Origin: an uncultured cyanobacterium
GTDB taxonomy: Bacteria; Cyanobacteriota; Cyanobacteriia; Cyanobacteriales; CAWCAG01
Length of the DNA stretch: 64,000 nucleotides
Assembly: GCA_963803805.1 (NCBI GenBank)
Contig: CAWDOD010000010.1
Location: 192,001 to 256,000, forward strand
Reading direction: 5' to 3'
The position numbers were made by a program, and so were the translations under genes. Below, piece by piece: positions 57,063 to 64,000 of the stretch. How positions within the stretch are numbered: position 1 is the stretch's first letter; every line of letters starts with the position of its first letter. Below the pieces are notes generated by a model, which saw only the letters and a list, made by a program, of their open reading frames with translations, had not been told where the DNA came from and made no database searches.

Positions 57063-57407
57063 TTATCTTGCTTTATTATTAATTTGGCATCTAAGCTTAG
57101 GTTGCCATTGATATTGGCGAAGATTAATTTTAGCTTCAGCATTAAATTCAATTCCTTCTTTTTCCAATAAATCCTTCTGTAAATAATCTCCACCTCGGCG
57201 CAAATTGGAATAGGAAATCTCACCTTTAGCATTAATTACCCGATGCCAAGGAATATCGTCAGCAACGGTATCTACTCGAAATAAGGCATATCCTACCAAA
57301 CGTGCTTTACCATAAAGTCCTGCTAAATCTGCTATTTGTCCGTAGGTAGCAACTTTACCAGCCGGAATTTGACGAACAGTTTCGTAAATAAGGTCATAGG
57401 TAGTCAT
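57063..57407 (-). CDS. alkyltransferase-like (ATL/MGMT family) protein
   Basis: IPAGKVATYGQIA, ARLVG, PWHRV (Trp in place of the catalytic Cys). Confidence 0.9.
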   Translation of the reverse strand: MTTYDLIYETVRQIPAGKVATYGQIADLAGLYGKARLVGYALFRVDTVADDIPWHRVINAKGEISYSNLRRGGDYLQKDLLEKEGIEFNAEAKINLRQYQWQPKLRCQINNKAR

Positions 57408-57425
57408 GTTAAGGTTGTTTGCTAA

Positions 57426-59837
57426 TTAATACGGCCATTTCCAGTTAACTATTTCTGGTTTATCTATACCATATTCGTGAACGTAGGTGAGATTATCAAT
57501 AATTTCATTTCTCATTCTTTCTCGAACATAAGCTGCACGGGAACCCAATTTAGGGACGCGATCAATCACGTCAATTACTAAGTTAAAGCGGTCTATTTCG
57601 TTAACAATTGCCAATTCCAAGGGCGTATTAATATTACCTTCTTCCTTATAACCTCTAACATGAATTCTTTCTTGATTGGTACGACGGTAAGCTAATTTGT
57701 GAATCAACCAAGGATAGCCATGAAAATTAAATATAATAGGTTTATCAAGGGTGAAAAGAATGTCAAACTCTTTGTTAGATAAACCATGAGAATGTTCAGT
57801 TTCTGACTGTAGTTTATACAAATCAACTACATTAATAAACCTCACTTTTAGTTGAGGAAACTCTTCTCGTAAAATTGCTGTAGCGGCTAAAGATTCCATG
57901 GTGGGAATATCCCCACAACAAGCCATAATCACATCAGGTTCATCTGCTGCTTTACCACAGTCATCATTACTTGCCCATTCCCAAATACTAATACCTTTAC
58001 TACAATGCTTAATTGCTTCATCTATAGTTAGGTATTGTAGGTGTAGTTGTTTATCTGCCACAATTACATTTACATAATCTTTACTCCGTAAACAATGATC
58101 AGCAACAGAAAGCAAACAATTAGCATCAGGGGGAAAATAAATGCGAGTTACATCAGCACTTTTATTAGTAACTAAGTCGATAAAACCAGGATCTTGATGG
58201 GAAAAACCATTGTGATCTTGTCGCCAAACCAGAGAAGAAAGTAAAATATTTAAAGAAGAAACAGGAGCGCGCCAAGGAACGTGATTTTTGCAAATATCTA
58301 ACCATTTAGCGTGTTGGTTAAACATAGAGTCAATAACATGAACAAAGGCTTCATAGGTATGGAAAAGTCCATGTCTTCCTGTTAGTAAATAACCTTCTAG
58401 CCAGCCCTCTAAAGTATGTTCACTTAACATCTCCATTACCCTACCGTCAGGAGATAACATTCCTCCATCTTCATCTTCTGGTAAATAATCTGCCAGCCAA
58501 GTTTTCTTAGTTACGTTATAGATATCTGCGAGGCGATTGGAAGCAGTTTCATCAGGGCCAAAAACACGAAAGTTGTGCATATTTTGCCTCATTACTTCCT
58601 GTAAAAACTTTCCTAAAACCCTAGTATTTTCTACTTCTAAACTACCTGGTTTTTCTATCTCCACGGCAAAATCTTGGAAGTGGGGTAATCTTAAGGCTTT
58701 CCGTAACAAACCCCCATTAGCGGCTGGATTAGCACTCATACGTTTAATCCCCACAGGGGCTAATTCTTTTAACTCCGGGATTAAAGTACCATTTTCATTA
58801 AATAACTCCTCTGGTTGGTAACTCTTCATCCACTCTTCTAGAAGTTTGACGTGTTCAGGATTAGAGTGCATTGCACCCATGGGAACTTGATGAGATTGCC
58901 AATAACCTTCTACTTTATGACCATCTACTTCTTTTGGCCCAGTCCAACCTTTAGGACTACGCAAAATAATCATCGGCCAACGGGGACGAAAGGCTCTATT
59001 TTCGCTACGGGCTTCTGCTTGGATTTCCCGAATTTTAACAATGCACTCTTCCATTGTGGCTGCCATTTTTTTGTGCATCAATTCAGGGTCTGAACCTTCT
59101 ACAATATAAGGGGTGTAGCCATAGCCTTTAAATAAGTTTTCTAGTTCTTCTGGGCTAATACGAGCGAGGATGGTAGGATTAGCAATCTTATAACCATTCA
59201 GGTTCAAAATCGGCAACACAGCCCCATCACGGAGGGGATTGAGGAATTTGTTAGAATGCCAAGCGGTTGCTAATGCCCCTGTTTCTGCTTCCCCATCCCC
59301 TACCACACAAGCAGCAATCAATTCAGGATTGTCGTATACAGCACCGTAAGCATGGGAAATGCTGTAACCTAATTCTCCTCCTTCATGTATCGAACCAGGA
59401 GTTTCCGGTGTGCAATGACTGCCAATATAACCCGGAAAAGAGAATTGCTTAAAGAACTTCTGCATTCCTTCTGCATCTTCACTCTTGTCAGGATATATTT
59501 CTGAATAAGTCCCTTCTAAATAAACTGGCGCTAATACTCCGGGCGCGCCATGGCCTGGCCCCGCTATAAATATCGCGTTTAAATCGTATTTTTTAATTAA
59601 CCGATTAAGATGAACATAAATAAAGCTAAGGGCAGGAGAAGAACCCCAATGTCCCAGTAAACGTCGCTTGATATGTTCAGGTTTTAAAGGTTGTTTAAGT
59701 AAAGGATTATCTCGTAAGTAAATCATACCAATGGCAAGATAATTACAAGCACGCCAATAAGCATCAATTTTACTTAATTCTTCAGAACTTAAAGCATATC
59801 TTAAGGGATTTACTTGGGAAGATGAAGCTTGAACCAT
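57426..59837 (-). CDS. xfp: phosphoketolase
   Basis: [44 protein letters not shown]. Confidence 0.95.
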   Translation of the reverse strand: MVQASSSQVNPLRYALSSEELSKIDAYWRACNYLAIGMIYLRDNPLLKQPLKPEHIKRRLLGHWGSSPALSFIYVHLNRLIKKYDLNAIFIAGPGHGAPGVLAPVYLEGTYSEIYPDKSEDAEGMQKFFKQFSFPGYIGSHCTPETPGSIHEGGELGYSISHAYGAVYDNPELIAACVVGDGEAETGALATAWHSNKFLNPLRDGAVLPILNLNGYKIANPTILARISPEELENLFKGYGYTPYIVEGSDPELMHKKMAATMEECIVKIREIQAEARSENRAFRPRWPMIILRSPKGWTGPKEVDGHKVEGYWQSHQVPMGAMHSNPEHVKLLEEWMKSYQPEELFNENGTLIPELKELAPVGIKRMSANPAANGGLLRKALRLPHFQDFAVEIEKPGSLEVENTRVLGKFLQEVMRQNMHNFRVFGPDETASNRLADIYNVTKKTWLADYLPEDEDGGMLSPDGRVMEMLSEHTLEGWLEGYLLTGRHGLFHTYEAFVHVIDSMFNQHAKWLDICKNHVPWRAPVSSLNILLSSLVWRQDHNGFSHQDPGFIDLVTNKSADVTRIYFPPDANCLLSVADHCLRSKDYVNVIVADKQLHLQYLTIDEAIKHCSKGISIWEWASNDDCGKAADEPDVIMACCGDIPTMESLAATAILREEFPQLKVRFINVVDLYKLQSETEHSHGLSNKEFDILFTLDKPIIFNFHGYPWLIHKLAYRRTNQERIHVRGYKEEGNINTPLELAIVNEIDRFNLVIDVIDRVPKLGSRAAYVRERMRNEIIDNLTYVHEYGIDKPEIVNWKWPY

Positions 59838-60181
59838 GATTTGTTTACTTGCTCCTAATAAATACTAAGTTTTAAAAGCCTGAGTAAGCTGGGTGCTTGG
59901 TTTTTCAGCTATTAGGGTACACTTTTGCAACTAAGGCTACAATTAAGAAATGATGGGCAAGATTGTTACTAAGGAAATGATCTGAACTGAAAGTTACCGC
60001 AAAAACTATATCATAACAGTTCAAACAAAAATTCCTTCTAAAGTTTAATGAAAGACCTAATACTGACAAGAATTCTCAATCATAAATTATGGCTTTTTTT
60101 AATAAATAATATTAATCTTATTTTAGTCAAGGTCAATAAAGAGATAGATTGAAACAGAAGAGTTATTGCGGGCAAAGAATA

Positions 60182-61303
60182 ATGAAAAGTGCATCTATTC
60201 TCCTGTTTACTATCGCCATTCCGATCATTTTTAGCTCCGCCGTCAGTTTTGCTCAAAATAGTGCAGAAACCACAGATTTAGAACCGTTGCAAACATCAGA
60301 AAGTTTAAACCATGGTGTGCAAACAGAAGCTAAATTTTTAGAAGTCCCAGAAGAAGAGATAATTCCTAAACCTCTCCCTTCCCTTAATCTTGTCCAAACT
60401 TCCACCCCAGAAACAACAACCTCAGAATCAACCTGTTAATCAAGGCATTTACGGTTCCCTGAGTGGGGATTGGCGATTTTTTAACTCTGTTGACTTCACA
60501 GGAGTTAACATCCCGACTATCGGTGCAATAGACCCCATAGAAGCAGAATTTGATTCGGGCTTCGGCATCAATGGTTCTCTTGGTTACAAGTTTCCTAATC
60601 ATATTCGCTTAGAAGGTCAAATTTCCTATGGACGCAACGAAGTAGGTGATGTGGATTTACCAGGCATTCCTGCTGCTTTTGGCACTCCGATAACTACCCT
60701 GACTATTACTCCTGGCACTATAATTCCTGCTGGAACAACTATCGGGCCTATTACTGTTCCGACTGATATTAATATTGGAGGAGGAGTTATTCTCAATCCT
60801 GGCACTCCCCCAACTCTAGCTCAAGATGTTACCATCATTGGGATAACCGTTCCGCCGGAACACCTATTCCTCCAGGAATTCCGACAACAACTGATACAAT
60901 AACACCCCTCATCCGTCCAGAAATTCCTGCTACTACAGCTAATGCTAGCGGTAGCATCTCCACTCTTTCAGGCTTAGTCAACCTTTATTATGACTTTGAT
61001 ACTCAATCAAACTGGGAACCTTATATCGGGGGCGGCATCGGCGTTTCTCTTTTCTCTGCCCATGATTTGAGTATCAGCTATCCCGGTACAACTTTCACTG
61101 CTACAGTTGATGATTCTACTTTAGGATTTGTTTATCAGTTGATGGCTGGAGTTGGCTATTATTTTAATCCTCAAACTGCTGTTACCTTGGGCTATCGTTA
61201 TTTTAATACTTTCAATACTTCTTTCGATACGCCATTAGGAGAAGTTAATTTAGAAGGAGTTGGAATTCATAATCTTGAGGTGGGAGTGCGCTATTTCTTT
61301 TAA
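60182..61303 (+). CDS. outer-membrane beta-barrel protein (frameshifts at about 60390-60435 and about 60853)
   Basis: signal peptide; LGYKF...IRLEGQ, LVNLYYDF, PYIGGGIG, YQLMAGVGY, LGYRYF and terminal GVRYFF. Confidence 0.8.
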
Positions 61304-61347
61304 AATAGTCAATAGTTAATTGCCAAGACATAAACCGTTTATTGCCG

Positions 61348-61992
61348 ATGAAACTTTTTACTATTGGGCATTCAAATCATTCCATTGAGACATTTATTAC
61401 TCTGCTGCAAAAACATAATATTACAGCAGTAGCTGATGTTCGCTCTCATCCTTATAGCAAATATTTACCTCATTTCAATCAAACACTCCTGAAAAAATCC
61501 TTAATTAAAGTGGGAATTAACTACGTATTTTTAGGAAGTGAATTAGGAGCAAGAGCCAATAATCTTAAGTGTTATGTTGATGGCAAAGCTATATACGAGA
61601 AAATTGCTTCTACTGAAGAGTTTAGGGAAGGTATTGAACGGATATTAAAAGGAGTAAAAAATCATCATATTGCTCTTATGTGTGCAGAAAAAGATCCCCT
61701 TACTTGCCATCGAGCAATTTTGATTTGTCCTTACTTACAAGTGGATGATTTGGAGATTAACCATATACTAAAAGACGGTGATTTAGAATGTCATAATCAT
61801 CTTGAAGAAAGACTTTTAGCATTGCATAATCTCAAACAACCGCAACAAATGCAACTATTTTTATTTGATAACCTCTTATCGTCTCAATCGTTAATGAACA
61901 ACTATTCTAGGGAAGAATCTTTACAAAAAGCCTATAAACTTCAAGGGGAAAGTATCGCTTATGTGGAGAAAAAACAGCAAGAAGATGAATAA
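61348..61992 (+). CDS. DUF488 family protein A
   Basis: LFTIGHSN, ADVRSHPYS, ELGAR, LMCAEKDPLTCHRAIL. Confidence 0.9.
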   Translation: MKLFTIGHSNHSIETFITLLQKHNITAVADVRSHPYSKYLPHFNQTLLKKSLIKVGINYVFLGSELGARANNLKCYVDGKAIYEKIASTEEFREGIERILKGVKNHHIALMCAEKDPLTCHRAILICPYLQVDDLEINHILKDGDLECHNHLEERLLALHNLKQPQQMQLFLFDNLLSSQSLMNNYSREESLQKAYKLQGESIAYVEKKQQEDE

Positions 61993-62431
61993 AACAATTA
62001 ATCTCTATACAATTGGTTTTACGAAAAAGACTGCTCAACAGTTTTTTGAAACTTTAGTCAATAACGGAGTCAAAAGAGTTATTGATATTAGGCTCAATAA
62101 TGTTTCGCAATTAGCAGGATTTGCTAAACGTACTGACTTAGAATACTTTTTGCAGACAATAAGTGAGATTAAATATGACCATATTTTAGATTTAGCACCT
62201 ACTAAGGATATTTTGAATGATTATAAAAAAAAGCAAGTAAATTGGGAAACTTACGAACAAAAATTTTTGCACCTGATTAGCGATCGCCAAATCGAAAAAA
62301 AAGTTTCACGAGAACATTTAGAGAGCAGTTGTTTGTTATGTAGTGAAGCAAAACCTCATCATTGTCATCGTCGTTTAGTGGCAGAATACTTAAATGAAAA
62401 ACTAGGAAATATCAGCATACTTCATCTCTAA
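61985..62431 (+). CDS. DUF488 family protein B
   Basis: YTIGFT, IDIRLNN.SQLAGFAK, LAPT, LLCSEAKPHHCHRRLVAEYL; ATG overlaps the upstream gene end by 8 nt. Confidence 0.9.
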   Translation: MNKTINLYTIGFTKKTAQQFFETLVNNGVKRVIDIRLNNVSQLAGFAKRTDLEYFLQTISEIKYDHILDLAPTKDILNDYKKKQVNWETYEQKFLHLISDRQIEKKVSREHLESSCLLCSEAKPHHCHRRLVAEYLNEKLGNISILHL

Positions 62432-62499
62432 GCCAAAGCAAAAATCAAATAAGTTCATGTAATCACTATCTCAAATCAAGAGAAAATCTTTAATGATAA

Positions 62500-63315
62500 A
62501 TGAAAATTGTTTGTCTTGCTAACTCCTGGAAACGTGGTGAGCGGTGCATTGCTGGTATTAATCAAAATACTAAAAAATGGATTCGCCCTGTCTACCCCTT
62601 ATATCCTCAAGATGGTAGAATTCCTAAAGATATAAGATTGATACAAAGAAGAGAACCTACTTTACTAGATATTTTAGATATTCCTTTAGAAAAAAATGGG
62701 CTTAACTTCGGTTTTGAAAGTGAAAATGTCACAATCGCTGCGGGAAAATGGCGAAGATTAGGAGAAGTTCAACCTACAGATTTGCTTGAATATTGCCATA
62801 ATTACAATTACATTCTTCATAACTCAGAAAGGTATGTTACCGTACCTTATTTAAAATCATTACCTTTGTCAGAAAGACGTACTTTAGAGTTCGTCTATGC
62901 CACCAAGTTATCTGTACATGGTATACCCACAGGAGAAGGAATAAAATGGAGAGGTACACTTACAACTGAGACAGGATTGCGACTAATTAATGCTAGTATA
63001 ACCGACCCTGTATTTGTACAAAAACTCAGTTACGGTTATCGTCCTCAGCATCCTTGTTTAGTAACTGTAAGCTTAAGTATGCCCTATCGTTTTGAAGATT
63101 GGGAAGAAGATGATCCTTGTTGGAAACTCATTGCTGGAGTGATAGAATTATTTGAGTATGATTTAATTTTAGTAGAGATGAAACGAGTTGGTTGGAGTAT
63201 AGAACAAGGACGCTCTTATTTAAAAAGAAATTATCAAAAATGTTCTCGCCAACAATTAAGTAACCAGGAAATAGAAGAATTTTTGAATTATCTTAAATCT
63301 TTACCTAGCCTTTAA
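62500..63315 (+). CDS. dual-OB-fold-like protein with C-terminal helical module
   Basis: IVCLANSWKRGERCIAGI, WIRPV, ITDP, LVTVSLS and CWKLIAGV match the DUF488-associated OB-type family as I recall it. Confidence 0.7.
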   Translation: MKIVCLANSWKRGERCIAGINQNTKKWIRPVYPLYPQDGRIPKDIRLIQRREPTLLDILDIPLEKNGLNFGFESENVTIAAGKWRRLGEVQPTDLLEYCHNYNYILHNSERYVTVPYLKSLPLSERRTLEFVYATKLSVHGIPTGEGIKWRGTLTTETGLRLINASITDPVFVQKLSYGYRPQHPCLVTVSLSMPYRFEDWEEDDPCWKLIAGVIELFEYDLILVEMKRVGWSIEQGRSYLKRNYQKCSRQQLSNQEIEEFLNYLKSLPSL

Positions 63316-63333
63316 TATTTAAAATGGCTTTTT

Positions 63334-64000
63334 TCACTTCTTACTAGTCAACTTATTCAACTCAGAAGCAGCTTCTTCAGGCTTGCCAGAAAGGGGAAAA
63401 ACTAAAATACTTTTAACTTCAGGATCATCAATTAAACTATCTAAATGCTTAAATTGTCGCTCAGTAATAGCAATACCATCATTCTGTTTAACGTAGTTTA
63501 ATTCCTCCTTAAACTTGTCTTCCCCATAAACTTGAATAAACACCCGATCTACATTCCAAGTTTTCCAATCCGCAGCAAAATATCTTTTCGCCCAATAAGG
63601 ATTATGATGACACAAATCAAAACTAACCGCAGGGTTAGATTTTTTCATCGCCGCAATCATATTCTGCACAAATTTGGTTAACTTAACTGTGCGATCAACC
63701 TTACCTGGTAACTCTGCATGATAACCCAGATAATCATCCCATTGCACCGCGTCAATAGAAGGATATTTATCAACAAACTCAACTAAAATATCAGTGAAAA
63801 ATTTAGCAACTTCAGGAATTTCCACATCAAGAACATAATGATCAACTGCTGTATGGGTGCGATCAACTCCTGGCACAATCCAACCTTTTTCCACAGCTAA
63901 ATCAAAAGCAGGACTATTTTCGTCAATTTTAATTCCTTTTTCAAAGTAAGCATGAACTTCCATACCTTGTTTATGGGCTTCATCAATTAACCAATCTAAC
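63334..64000 (-). CDS. GHL10/DUF187-type glycoside hydrolase-like protein (5' partial)
   Basis: LIDEAHKQGMEVHAYFE, DAVQWDDY; reading frame open to the window edge. Confidence 0.75.
   Translation of the reverse strand, partial: LDWLIDEAHKQGMEVHAYFEKGIKIDENSPAFDLAVEKGWIVPGVDRTHTAVDHYVLDVEIPEVAKFFTDILVEFVDKYPSIDAVQWDDYLGYHAELPGKVDRTVKLTKFVQNMIAAMKKSNPAVSFDLCHHNPYWAKRYFAADWKTWNVDRVFIQVYGEDKFKEELNYVKQNDGIAITERQFKHLDSLIDDPEVKSILVFPLSGKPEEAASELNKLTSKK

Overview
Chromosomal segment of an AT-rich cyanobacterium. This is supported by about 30 HIP1 octamers (GCGATCGC) counted by eye, chlD, orange-carotenoid-protein homologues, a PirA-like small protein and heptamer tandem repeats. Core genes are radC, recF, a PacL-type P-ATPase, nfi, mtnP, mtnA, chlD, dusA, eno, hom and xfp. 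The accessory material includes: (i) an operon-like run of two orphan PstS-like lipoproteins and three hybrid histidine kinases, the last carrying an ETR1-type ethylene-binding domain; (ii) an arr rifampin ADP-ribosyltransferase beside a DUF2278-LTD gene; (iii) a TPR-CHAT gene facing a second CHAT remnant; (iv) a split OCP pair (CTDH plus HCP); and (v) a compact DUF488 + DUF488 + OB-fold-like three-gene module, my best candidate for an uncharacterised nucleic-acid repair or defence system. Several MITE-like and small dispersed repeats are present, and two repeat insertions lie in frame inside genes. Six single-base frameshifts in otherwise intact genes suggest long-read assembly errors. No rRNA, tRNA, CRISPR array, transposase or reverse transcriptase was seen. 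All family assignments come from motif recognition by eye; no database search was run.
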